From assembly GCF_035285525.1 (NCBI RefSeq), contig NZ_JAYKGW010000162.1:1-32000 (forward strand): a stretch of DNA of 32,000 bases, written 5' to 3'. The position numbers and the translations under genes are program-made. Below the pieces are notes generated by a model. It searched no databases, was not told the DNA's origin, and saw only the letters and a program-made list of their open reading frames with translations. Origin of the DNA: Okeania sp. (GTDB lineage: Bacteria > Cyanobacteriota > Cyanobacteriia > Cyanobacteriales > Microcoleaceae). This document shows positions 1-8,774 of the stretch, piece after piece. The first letter of the stretch is position 1, and every line of letters starts with the position of its first letter.

Positions 1-152
1 CCAACCTACATCTATGAAAGTGTAATTTAGAACAAAAACAATTTCGGAATTCTCAGGAAATAGCAGAATATAAATTATCCCAATTTTTTACTTTATCATT
101 AACCGAATTTTCATAACTAATAGGATATTTTTTGACATAGAAGTCCTTTAAT

Positions 153-185
153 GTTGGGTTTCGTTCCTCAACCCAACCTACATCT
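153..185. repeat. dispersed hairpin repeat, GTTGGGTTTCGTTCCTCAACCCAACCTAC family
   Basis: GTTGGGTT/AACCCAAC inverted arms. Further copies or variants at 1-12 (partial), ~6631, 26380-26410, 26554-26590, 30484-30515, 30596-30649, 31751-31785 (inverted) and 31977-32000. Confidence 0.85.
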
Positions 186-747
186 AACTTTTGACTTTTG
201 GATTTTGACTTTTAACTTCATTATTGAGAGTTCTAAAATCAAAATCTTCTACCTGAGGATGACAAGAAACACAACCCTTAATATTTAATTTTTGAGGAAG
301 TTTTACTTCTGGATGAAGCGCCTGAAAATAACGAGAACGAAATATTCTGTAAGGTATTCTTTCTTCTTTTGGAGATTTGCGACGAGAAGATACTTGTAAA
401 TAATTCCAAATAAGTTGACGAGGTGGATCTACAAGAGGAGGAAGTTGTACACCATAGTGTTGAGAATCCTGGATAATTATGCGCCAACTTTCAGTAGGTA
501 GAACTTGAGGTGGTACAGCAACATGACAAGTAACACAATTCTCCAAATATAATGATAATCCTAATTGATGACTTTGGGGAACCACATCAACATTACTAAT
601 TAATTCCGAATCAACCTGTGAAATAGTAATTGCAGTAGAAATTTTCCCCATCATCCAACCACAAGTCGAACAAAAAAATATAAGTAGTAACAGCAAAACA
701 ATATCTGGTCGTTTTCTACGTTTATTTCTGAGATTAGCTCTTGACAT
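184..747 (-). CDS. membrane-anchored dihaem c-type cytochrome (DHC-like)
   Basis: 187-aa ORF with a basic N-terminus and one hydrophobic helix (IVLLLLLIFFCSTCGWMMG). Two CXXCH motifs (CVTCH, CVSCH) lie about 90 aa apart. Confidence 0.7.
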   Translation of the reverse strand: MSRANLRNKRRKRPDIVLLLLLIFFCSTCGWMMGKISTAITISQVDSELISNVDVVPQSHQLGLSLYLENCVTCHVAVPPQVLPTESWRIIIQDSQHYGVQLPPLVDPPRQLIWNYLQVSSRRKSPKEERIPYRIFRSRYFQALHPEVKLPQKLNIKGCVSCHPQVEDFDFRTLNNEVKSQNPKVKS

Positions 748-920
748 GAAAATAATCCCTGTGTATTCTAGGAATAATTTTTAATTTTAAGTGCTTATGC
801 CAAATTAATTGTACATTACTATTATATATCTCCAATCTGATCCAGAAATTATCAATTCTTTCTTCCTGTTCCCTATTCCCTCCCTCAACTAGGAAATTCC
901 TAAAAGCACGACTACTTAAC

Positions 921-1823
921 TTAAATAATCGGAATTGTCATACCTTCTTTTGCAACTAACCCATTGGGAAATTGTAATTGGAGATCCTTTTGAACTCCAT
1001 CCAAGAAATCATCATTATGAGCAGGGTCATGCTGAAACATAACTACTTGTTTCACTCCTGCCTTTTTAGCTATCTCTACCCCTACCTCCCAAGTAGAATG
1101 TCCCCAACCGATTTTTGGGAATTTAATATCATAATACTCTTTATTTGTGTAAGTAGCATCATAGATTAAAAGGTCGGCATGACGAGCTAGATGCAGCACA
1201 TTTTCATCAAAACAGTCTTCATAATGTTCTGTATCTGGACAATAAACTACACTTTTACCATTCCAACAAACTCTATATCCAATAGCAAAATTTGGGTGAT
1301 TTAGGGGAGTTGTTTCAATCTTAATACCATCAACCTCAAGTACATCTCCTTCCCTAAAATTATAAAATTTCATCTCAGAACCCATTAACTTTAAAGGAAT
1401 AGGAAAGTTAGGGTTTACCATTTGATCGGATAAAGATTCCTTAATTGTAGTACCATCAGGTGCTATGGCTCCGTATATGTGAAATTTATTGATAGGTACA
1501 AATGCAGGTACAAAAAATGGGAAACCTTGAATATGGTCCCAGTGAGTATGACTAAAAAATAAATGAGCTTCTACTGGCATTTGTTTGAGTAGGTTTAGAC
1601 CCAAAACTCTTAGACCCGTCCCTCCATCAAAAATCAAACGTTTTGCCCCTACACGCATTTCTACACAAGAGGTATTACCACCATAGCGAACAGTGCTGTT
1701 ACCGGGAGTAGGGATACTACCTCGCACACCCCAAAATTCAACAACAAAGTCGGTTGACAAGGTATTTGACTCAGTAGTTTGCTCCTCAGACGATATTGGG
1801 GATGACGACTCTAAAGATGGCAT
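921..1823 (-). CDS. MBL-fold metallo-hydrolase
   Basis: 300-aa ORF with the HxHxDH motif (SHTHWDHIQG) and the typical upstream DGGTG strand. Overall layout matches the beta-lactamase superfamily. Confidence 0.85.
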   Translation of the reverse strand: MPSLESSSPISSEEQTTESNTLSTDFVVEFWGVRGSIPTPGNSTVRYGGNTSCVEMRVGAKRLIFDGGTGLRVLGLNLLKQMPVEAHLFFSHTHWDHIQGFPFFVPAFVPINKFHIYGAIAPDGTTIKESLSDQMVNPNFPIPLKLMGSEMKFYNFREGDVLEVDGIKIETTPLNHPNFAIGYRVCWNGKSVVYCPDTEHYEDCFDENVLHLARHADLLIYDATYTNKEYYDIKFPKIGWGHSTWEVGVEIAKKAGVKQVVMFQHDPAHNDDFLDGVQKDLQLQFPNGLVAKEGMTIPII

Positions 1824-1921
1824 ATTTCTGTGTTTCAGAATTTACTGCTAGTACAAATCTGTGTAAAATTCTTTAATCTTTAATTTAGCTCATTCTAGCC
1901 AAATGAGCTAATACTTACTGT

Positions 1922-2040
1922 GCAAGCATTCAGCTATCAGCTATCATTATTAACTTTAAGGAAAAAGCAATAAGTTAGATTCCCAAGAATTATATGGATA
2001 ATGGATAATTACCTCATTTGTGGAAAAGCTGAATGCTTAC
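1922..2040. repeat. MITE-like element bounded by GCAAGCATTCAGC / GCTGAATGCTTAC inverted termini
   Basis: The 13-nt termini are complementary at 12/13 positions. The interior carries a (CAGCTAT) heptamer tract and a core shared with 3520-3712 (GGAAAAAGC..TTCCAAGAATTATA). Confidence 0.6.
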
Positions 2041-2197
2041 CTTATTGTTAGTATATAAAGCTTACATTAATACATTATATTGATCGGAAAATTTTTATTC
2101 CCAGCTAGAAATAACTTATTTTTCTGTATTGATAGCTTCTAAACTTTAGAAAAACTTATTCTATAGCTAAATCTCTCTATCTATAACAATAATTTTT

Positions 2198-2854
2198 ATG
2201 AAAGCTGAAGAAATCTCAATTAAACTAGAAAAATTATACTTGGTTCAACTTAAAGAAAAAATCTTAAAATGGCTCTCAGCTAATGTTCCTACTTCTAGAA
2301 TTAGACATATTCTCAGAGTAGAAAAAATGGCAGATGAACTAGCCAACTATCATAACCTAAACCAAGAAAAAGCTAAATTGGCAGGATTAATGCACGACCT
2401 TGCCAAATATTTTCCCCCCGAAAGTCTATTGCAAATCTCTCAGTCAGAAGGATTAGAAATAGACTCAATATTAACAGTTTGCCCTCACTTGCTCCATGCA
2501 AATGTTAGTGCAATTGTGGCCAAAAAAGAATTTGGCATAGAAGATACAGAAATTTTAGCAGCGATCGCTAACCATACATTAGGTTCTCCAGCTATGAATC
2601 AGCTGAGTTCCATAGTTTTCCTAGCAGATACTTTGGAACCGGGTAGAGGCAAAACCCATGAACTAGAGCATTTGAGACAAATAGCTCAAAAAAATCTCGA
2701 CCAAGCAGTTTGGCTGACCTGTGATTATACTATAAAACACCTGCTGAACTTAAATAGTTTGATTCACCCAAGAATTTTATTGACGAGAAATTGGTTTATG
2801 GAAAAGGCCAAAACCCACCTGAATCAGCAAGAAATTAAGCAGTCCAGAAATTAA
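2198..2854 (+). CDS. yqeK: HD-domain protein YqeK, bis(5'-nucleosyl)-tetraphosphatase (symmetrical) family
   Basis: 218-aa ORF with RIRHILRVEKMA...AGLMHDLAK (HD motif). It sits directly upstream of rsfS, as in the conserved nadD-yqeK-rsfS arrangement. Confidence 0.8.
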   Translation: MKAEEISIKLEKLYLVQLKEKILKWLSANVPTSRIRHILRVEKMADELANYHNLNQEKAKLAGLMHDLAKYFPPESLLQISQSEGLEIDSILTVCPHLLHANVSAIVAKKEFGIEDTEILAAIANHTLGSPAMNQLSSIVFLADTLEPGRGKTHELEHLRQIAQKNLDQAVWLTCDYTIKHLLNLNSLIHPRILLTRNWFMEKAKTHLNQQEIKQSRN

Positions 2855-3089
2855 CAAGATATGATTAATTAATTATAGAGGCCAAAAATTAGCCAAACTC
2901 AATTACTGGAGTACAAATTTTAGAATTTAGAATTGGAGAGTACACTAAAAATATGATTGGGAAAAGCTGACAGCACTGAAAGTTCCTCACCTTTAGATAG
3001 CTGAAAGCCTTAGCTAGTAATAATTATTCCTAGAAGTTTGTACTATCTAGATCAATTAGTAATTCAATTTAATTAAGGAAATAGATAAT

Positions 3090-3518
3090 TTGACATCAAA
3101 ATACCCTGATATTCAATCTTTGTCAACCGAAACAAGTGCAATAAATTCCGAACTAGACCCAACCTTAGAATTGACATCCACAATTGTTAATGCTGCATTA
3201 GACCGCAAAGGAGATAACATTGTTGTGATTAAGGTCTCGGAAGTATCTTATTTAGCAGATTACTTTATCATTATTACAGGTTATTCTCATGTCCAAGTCA
3301 GAGCAATATCTCAGGCGATCGCTCAAAAGGTAGAACAGGAGAGGCAAATTTATCCTTTAGGAGTAGAAGGCCAAAACGAAAGTTCTTGGATATTAATGGA
3401 TTATGGTGATGTTATAGTTCATATCTTGAAGCCCGAAGAACGAGATTTTTATAACTTAGAAGCATTCTGGGGTCATGCAGAAAGAATAGATATTTCATCA
3501 TTACTAAATCAAAACTAA
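3090..3518 (+). CDS. rsfS: ribosome silencing factor RsfS (iojap family)
   Basis: 142-aa ORF with a TTG start. Core DYFIIITGYSHVQVRAISQAI...WILMDYGDVIVHI is typical of RsfS. Confidence 0.85.
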   Translation: MTSKYPDIQSLSTETSAINSELDPTLELTSTIVNAALDRKGDNIVVIKVSEVSYLADYFIIITGYSHVQVRAISQAIAQKVEQERQIYPLGVEGQNESSWILMDYGDVIVHILKPEERDFYNLEAFWGHAERIDISSLLNQN

Positions 3519-3519
3519 T

Positions 3520-3712
3520 GTCAGCATTCAGCTATCAGTTTCATTACCTTGAAAAAAGGAAAAAGCCATTTATAAATTTCCAAGAATTATAATTATAAAT
3601 ATGGCTAAAAGTCTATCAGCTAATCTTAATAGTTAAGTTATATCGTTTCTTAAAAAGCTGTTTGTACAGTATTTCATATCAAGTTCTAAACCCTAAATAG
3701 CTGAATATTTAC
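3520..3712. repeat. MITE-like element of the same AGCATTCAGC-terminated family
   Basis: Left end GTCAGCATTCAGCTATCAG and right end GCTGAATATTTAC. The internal core is similar to 1922-2040. It starts 2 nt after the rsfS stop. Confidence 0.5.
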
Positions 3713-3780
3713 CAACTAACTTTTAACATGAATTACTTTTTTAAAGATATAACAAAAATAAGTAAGGAAAAAAACGATTT

Positions 3781-4281
3781 ATGATGAGACAAATAACATC
3801 TAGTTCTCCGGTTCCACCAGAACAACAGCCAGCTAATGAATATGAAGAATTGAAAAATTCTTGGTTATTTTGCTGGGTGACATTAGAAAGATTTCCTTAC
3901 TTCAGGAAGTTAGTTTGGGTTTGGGTCTGGAGTTGGTTAATATCTGGTCCTGTAGCAGCAGCAAGTTTTCCTCCCCAAAAATATTTAGGGCAATTTTTAT
4001 TGAGTGGTTCAGCAGGAGCAAGTTTAGTTTTAATTTTGGTATTATTGCGACTTTATCTAGGTTGGAATTATGTGAAGTCTCGTCTGGCTAATACCACAGT
4101 TTTTTATGAAGAGTCTGGTTGGTATGATGGGCAAACCTGGGTGAAAACACCACAAGAAATTACAAAGGATAGATTAATATTGCAATACCAAGTTGAACCT
4201 CTGCTACAAAAATTACGCCAGACTTTTTATTATTTTCTATTACTGATTTTTCTGGGTGGAGTTGCTTGGTCGTTTGTCTAA
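3781..4281 (+). CDS. CGLD27 / Ycf36 (DUF1230) family membrane protein
   Basis: 166-aa ORF. The N-terminal PVPPEQQPANEYEELKNSWLF matches the family signature as I remember it. Two to three hydrophobic helices follow. Confidence 0.75.
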   Translation: MMRQITSSSPVPPEQQPANEYEELKNSWLFCWVTLERFPYFRKLVWVWVWSWLISGPVAAASFPPQKYLGQFLLSGSAGASLVLILVLLRLYLGWNYVKSRLANTTVFYEESGWYDGQTWVKTPQEITKDRLILQYQVEPLLQKLRQTFYYFLLLIFLGGVAWSFV

Positions 4282-4724
4282 AATATCCTAGATTAGCCAT
4301 TAAAAATTATCATAATTATACTTAGCAATTTAATATACCTTGAATTAGCAGGCGATCGCCGAAAAAACTAACACTAACTAAGCATTTTAGATTGGCAACT
4401 AATTATAGTTAAGATTATTAAATTTAGCTGTAAGTAATAATATATTTATTGATGTAAATATTAACATAATAAATACTTTCCAAATATTTTAAAGAACGTA
4501 CTCAAGCCATACTATACTTAAGGCGACAAAACAGGATTAATTAAAGGTGATAAATAAAATTTTGGTCATCAGCTAACTGGATATAATCTTGCTTTGGGAC
4601 TGGGAAGAGAGTAACTGATAACTGATTATATTGCCTCTAGTTAAAACTGGAGAAAATGATACTCTCTTCCCGTTAGAAAATTACCTAGCCAAATTTGACT
4701 ATAAACTATATTTTGTAATGGTTT

Positions 4725-4741
4725 ACTGGATATAATCTTGC
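4725..4741 (+). promoter_or_regulatory. candidate -10 module (ACTGGATATAATCTTGC) upstream of the asparaginase-family gene; identical 17-mer at 4576-4592
   Basis: A perfect TATAAT at 4731-4736 lies 52 nt upstream of the ATG. The 17-mer and about 30 nt of downstream sequence are duplicated 149 nt upstream. Confidence 0.3.
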
Positions 4742-4753
4742 GCCGGGAAGATC

Positions 4754-4788
4754 AACTGATAACTGATAAATGATAACTGATAACTGAA
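4754..4788 (+). repeat. heptameric STRR leader (CTGATAA)n ending ...ATAACTGATAACTGAA directly before the ATG
   Basis: Read directly. The same 16-nt end abuts the ATGs at 14411 and 25895. Confidence 0.9.
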
Positions 4789-5739
4789 ATGACTAGGGGA
4801 AAAAGAACACAAACTGCACAACTAGAAATTAGACTACTCAGAGAAGGTATTGTTGAATCAACTCACCAAGCTCAAGCTGCTATATGCGACCATAGAGGTC
4901 GAGTTTTATCTGTAGCCGGAGATGCTGATACAGCTACATTTATTCGTTCAGCTCTCAAACCATTTCAAGCCTTAGCAGTTATTACTACAGGTATTCTCGA
5001 ACGATATGACTTAACCGATCTAGACTTAGCTATTATATGTAGTTCCCATCAAGGGACAACACAGCAAGCCAGACAAGTCTTTAATATTTTATGGCGTTGT
5101 GATATTGACCCATCAAAACTGCAATGTCCAACTAAAGCCGAAAACAACAGTCCTTTGCAACATAACTGTTCTGGTAAACACGCAGGTATGTTGGCTATTT
5201 GTCAGCAACGAAATTGGCCAATGGAATCGTACCTGGAAATGAATCATCCAGTACAACAGTTAATTATTAGCAAAATTGCCGAGTTACTGGCCATGCCGGC
5301 AGCAGAATTTATTGGCGCTCGTGATGACTGTGGCGCTCCAACTTATCTTTTACAACTTAGTCAAATGGCAACCTTGTACGCCAAACTATCTTCTGGTAAT
5401 AGTTTGGAACTAGAAAGAATTGTCCGTGCTATGACCTATCATCCAGAAATGATTGGAGGAGAGGGACACTTTGATACAGAGTTAATGCGGTTGACTGCTG
5501 GAGAAATTGTTAGTAAGTCTGGGGCTGAGGGAGTACAATGTATTGGCCGAGTAGGTGAAGGAATGGGTTTAGCCATAAAAATTATGGATGGAGCAAAACG
5601 GGCTAAATATGCCGTAGCCATTCATTTATTGACTCAGATGGGTTGGATAACTCCTAGCATTGCTGAAACTCTAGCGGAAAATTATATGTCACTCAGTAAT
5701 GTTAAGCGTTTAGAAGTAGTGGGAGAAATGTCTATTTAA
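4789..5739 (+). CDS. asparaginase-II family protein (Rhizobium-type, PF06089-like)
   Basis: 316-aa ORF with motifs RSALKPFQA, CSSHQG, NCSGKHAGML, DDCGAP and KSGAEG, which are characteristic of this family from memory. Confidence 0.7.
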   Translation: MTRGKRTQTAQLEIRLLREGIVESTHQAQAAICDHRGRVLSVAGDADTATFIRSALKPFQALAVITTGILERYDLTDLDLAIICSSHQGTTQQARQVFNILWRCDIDPSKLQCPTKAENNSPLQHNCSGKHAGMLAICQQRNWPMESYLEMNHPVQQLIISKIAELLAMPAAEFIGARDDCGAPTYLLQLSQMATLYAKLSSGNSLELERIVRAMTYHPEMIGGEGHFDTELMRLTAGEIVSKSGAEGVQCIGRVGEGMGLAIKIMDGAKRAKYAVAIHLLTQMGWITPSIAETLAENYMSLSNVKRLEVVGEMSI

Positions 5740-5981
5740 GGTTGAGGGAACAAGGAACAGTTTAGGCTATCTGCTACGGCCAAATTTTCTGATGGCCAAG
5801 GTCACAAATCTACCATTTTGAGACTACAAGAGCTAAAAACTCAGAACTTTTTTCGATCTAAAAAGGCTACAACCTTTATCTGTAAATGCTTTTATATTTA
5901 ATCAGTCAGTCCTATTTAGTATGCCCTAACTATATAAGTGGACATTCTGAAAAAAAAATTTGAAAATATTTGACTAAGGGG

Positions 5982-6011
5982 TTGCAATTTTGATTTGGTT
6001 GTGGTTATAAT
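5982..6011 (+). promoter_or_regulatory. candidate sigma70-type promoter of the tRNA-fMet gene
   Basis: TTGCAA (5982-5987), an 18-nt spacer, then TATAAT (6006-6011). The tRNA 5' end is 12 nt downstream of the -10 box. Confidence 0.4.
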
Positions 6012-6023
6012 AGAAGACGTTGA

Positions 6024-6411
6024 CGCGGGATAGAGCAGTCTGGTAGCTCGTCGGGCTCAAGTTATAAGGAAAGATAAACTAAAACCAAGCATAAACCAAG
6101 ACCGCTAGTCGGTTAGCTTGAATCTTTACCTTGTAAGGGGCGGCATATAGGGAAACTTATATGTGATTACTTGTCAAATTCGGGGAAGCCGTTAGCGGGG
6201 TAATCCCGAGCCAAGCTCCAAAATAAAATTGAGGAGAAGGTGTAGAGACTGGTTGGCAGGTACCCTAACAGTTATCTATTTTAATAGAAGCTGAGGGTAA
6301 AGGGACAGTCCAGACTACAAACTAATCTCTGATAGATTCAGAGTTAAGGCAGTGAAAGCTGTAGTAGTAAGCATAACCCGAAGGTCGGTGGTTCAAATCC
6401 GCCTCCCGCCA
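6024..6411 (+). tRNA. initiator tRNA-fMet (anticodon CAU) interrupted by a group I intron
   Basis: 5' half is CGCGGGATAGAGCAGTCTGGTAGCTCGTCGGGCT and 3' half is CATAACCCGAAGGTCGGTGGTTCAAATCCGCCTCCCGCCA. Initiator hallmarks are present: 1:72 mismatch (C:C) and a GGG/CCC anticodon stem. No CCA is encoded. Confidence 0.9.
6058..6371 (+). ncRNA. group I (IC3-like) self-splicing intron in the anticodon loop, with no ORF
   Basis: Core strings AATCCCGAGCCAAGC, GAAGGTGTAGAGACTGG..GGTACCCTAACAG, GAGGGTAAAGGGACAGTCCAGACTA and GGCAGTGAAAGCTG closely parallel the cyanobacterial/Azoarcus tRNA introns. The chosen boundaries give U before the 5' splice site and a terminal G; a CA dinucleotide is duplicated, so the boundary is ambiguous by up to 2 nt. 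Confidence 0.85.
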
Positions 6412-6440
6412 TTCTTCATTAAAAGTTAATAACATCAAAA

Positions 6441-6485
6441 AGAGTCTGGTAAACTTTAAGAATTTATCAGGCTCTCTTTTATTTG
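6441..6485 (+). terminator. candidate intrinsic terminator after tRNA-fMet
   Basis: AGAGTCTG (6441-6448) pairs with CAGGCTCT (6468-6475), with one G-U pair, and is followed by CTTTTATTTG. The loop is rather large at 19 nt. Confidence 0.4.
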
Positions 6486-6512
6486 TGGTATTAATACTTT
6501 AATATCCTACTA

Positions 6513-6571
6513 AGCGGGTTTGTATAAATCTGAGAGTAACCATGAAAATTATAGCTAAAACCTGCCCCTAC
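6513..6571. repeat. copy of the GGGGCGGGTTT...AAACCCGCCCC MITE-like family (degenerate)
   Basis: AGCGGGTTTGTATAAATCTGAGAGTAACCATGAAAATT..GCTAAAACCTGCCCCTAC aligns by eye with 13113-13175 (inverted) and 17589-17650. Confidence 0.6.
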
Positions 6572-6864
6572 TATTATTGAGGCACATAATTTGGTGATCT
6601 GTGGGAGTAACCCAATAGCAACAAAACTTTGTTGGGTTTCACTGTCGTTCTACAAAGGGCTACATTTTTAGATTAAACAGTCCACTACGTTTCTTACTTC
6701 TTGTATTGCAAAAAGTTATAAAGCTAATGACGTTATTATCAAGAAACTGGGGCAATAAACCTGGTTTCTTTATACTATTTAAATTATAGCGGTTTTGACA
6801 AAGGTAGACTACAAAACTTCTTCCTTCTTCCTTTATAAAAAATCTAAAAAAATTAATAAAAATT

Positions 6865-7389
6865 GTGAATGTAGAAAACCTAGAGTTATTTGAAACTGAA
6901 TATAAAATTGGGAAAAATGCCTTTGAATGCGGTCAATATCAAAAATCATTACAGCATTTAGAAACTGCTCTAGAAAATATTAATCCTAATTCTCGGTTAG
7001 GAGGAGAAACACAAATTTGGCTAGTAACAGTATATCAAGCTACTGGTAAAATTCAAGAAGCTATTACCCTTTGTAAAAAACTCACTTCTCACTCTTATTT
7101 ACAGACTCGCCAACAAGCAAAACGTATATTAGCTATTTTGGAAGCACCTGTGTTGAGAAGCAGAGAGGAGTGGTTAACTAAAATTCCTGACTTAGGTGCA
7201 ATACCTGAGAGTGATACTAAAGATAATAGTAGTAGGGGCGTAGCTTTTAAGTCACCTTTGCCAAAACCAAAAGTTCCTAAGTTAGAAGTTCTCGATCCTA
7301 GTGAGGTTAATACAGAAGATAATCAATTTCTTTGGGTAGCTTTAGTATTAATAATTATCACTTTAAGTGGGTTAATGTGGTTCAGTTAA
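6865..7389 (+). CDS. TPR-like protein with a C-terminal membrane anchor
   Basis: 174-aa ORF with a GTG start. It has an N-terminal helical repeat-like region and a C-terminal hydrophobic helix (FLWVALVLIIITLSGLMWF). No family was recognised with certainty. Confidence 0.5.
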   Translation: MNVENLELFETEYKIGKNAFECGQYQKSLQHLETALENINPNSRLGGETQIWLVTVYQATGKIQEAITLCKKLTSHSYLQTRQQAKRILAILEAPVLRSREEWLTKIPDLGAIPESDTKDNSSRGVAFKSPLPKPKVPKLEVLDPSEVNTEDNQFLWVALVLIIITLSGLMWFS

Positions 7390-7531
7390 TTTTTTGAAGT
7401 TTACCATGTATAGCAATCTTATTTTATTCATGTCAAAAATTTTACTGCCTTTTAGGAAACAGGGAATAGTTAACAGCGAATAGGTGGGAGTTGCAGTTTT
7501 TTTGTTTACTTTTTGATTTGTTATAACCTAT

Positions 7532-7643
7532 TAGACATCTCCAGAAATAAAAAATCAAATCAATTATCATACATAAATTATCAATTCTTTCTTCCTATTG
7601 CTAGCATGCCTATTGCTCATTGCCTCTTTTTTGGAGATGTCTA
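7532..7643. repeat. 112-bp MITE-like element with terminal inverted repeats TAGACATCTCC / GGAGATGTCTA
   Basis: Perfect 11-nt termini. The left-arm interior (..AATCAATTA..TCAATTCTTTCTTCC) recurs at ~826-880 and ~15917-15980. Confidence 0.55.
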
Positions 7644-8156
7644 TTTAAGATTGCTATAGTGAGTAAATATTTAAGAAATGATTGGAACTGCTGTTTTGAA
7701 GAATATCTGAATCTAGATACACCTTTTTGTGATATTTTTTTTGGTAAGTTAATGTTACTTAGCTGTGATGATAAGTAGTTGTATAAAACTAATTTCCTAG
7801 TTGAAAGAGGGAATAGGGAAAACAGGGAGTTAGCAGAATATATAATTAATTAATTTTGGTTATACACTTATCTAGATTTTATATTCCCTATTTTCTATAA
7901 CAAAAAACAGTTTAATCTCAACTTAATTTGTAAGCATTTCCTGCGGAATATTGCGAAACAGCTATTAGCTTTTAGGTAATCTCCTACGGAAGAACTGTGT
8001 TAATAGCAATAAAAACCTCAACCTTAAGGAGGAAAATTAAACGAATAAAGAAAGTGAAAACTGAATTTTGTAGTCAGATAAAATTTCTGATTTATCGGGA
8101 ACCGTATCATCAAGCTTTTATCTAAAACTAAAAGCACTCTTCTGACCGCTGACTGC

Positions 8157-8774
8157 TTACCTTAATTCAGTCCATTTTTCAGGAAAACGTTGGTTTAAAA
8201 ATACCGCTCTTCCTTGTTGATAATGTAGAAAAGATTTAATGAGATTATGAGTAGGAACTCCATAAGAGCGATTATTGTAAATTAAAGCTAAATTGTTATT
8301 AACTATACCCCATTGTTTAGGAAATTTCTCTAAATTATATACTTCCAAAGCTAACTCACAACAAGCTAAAGAAATTTCTAAGTTTACATCAGAATCTCCA
8401 TCAGGTAGTGCCCAAATAATCTGACTAAAATTAACTAATGAACGGGCAATAATAGCTGCTTGATTTTGAGAAATATTCAGAAAAGTTTGCTTTGCCCACT
8501 TCCGTAAAATGTATATGAAATGGGGTTCTAATAAATCAATATTTTCGACAATTAGAGGATAAACAATTTGAGGATCGCCTTGACTATTATGAGTTAATTC
8601 TAATACTTCTAACAAAAATGGTAAGGTTTTATCAATGGGTATATTTAGAGAAGGATTAAGGATTTTAGCCTCTAACCAAGCAGCGAAATATTGATAATAT
8701 GGCAATTTTTTGTCTAGAATACTGTAAAAAGGAAAATAGGCTTGCATATTGTGTATAGATAGATTGTATATCAA
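8157..8774 (-). CDS. N-terminal-domain fragment of a TPR/CHAT-type protein (stand-alone or truncated)
   Basis: 205-aa ORF. SQGDPQIVYPL..LRKWAKQTF..ARSLVNFSQII..NLEISLACCELALEVY..FPKQWGIVNNNLALIY resembles the N-termini of large cyanobacterial TPR/CHAT proteins. It stops after the first TPR-like unit. Confidence 0.4.
   Translation of the reverse strand: MIYNLSIHNMQAYFPFYSILDKKLPYYQYFAAWLEAKILNPSLNIPIDKTLPFLLEVLELTHNSQGDPQIVYPLIVENIDLLEPHFIYILRKWAKQTFLNISQNQAAIIARSLVNFSQIIWALPDGDSDVNLEISLACCELALEVYNLEKFPKQWGIVNNNLALIYNNRSYGVPTHNLIKSFLHYQQGRAVFLNQRFPEKWTELR

Noticed and set aside
6058-6371. Homing endonuclease inside the tRNA-fMet intron, as in Synechocystis.
   Set aside because: The intron is only 314 nt and has no ORF of meaningful length in any frame.
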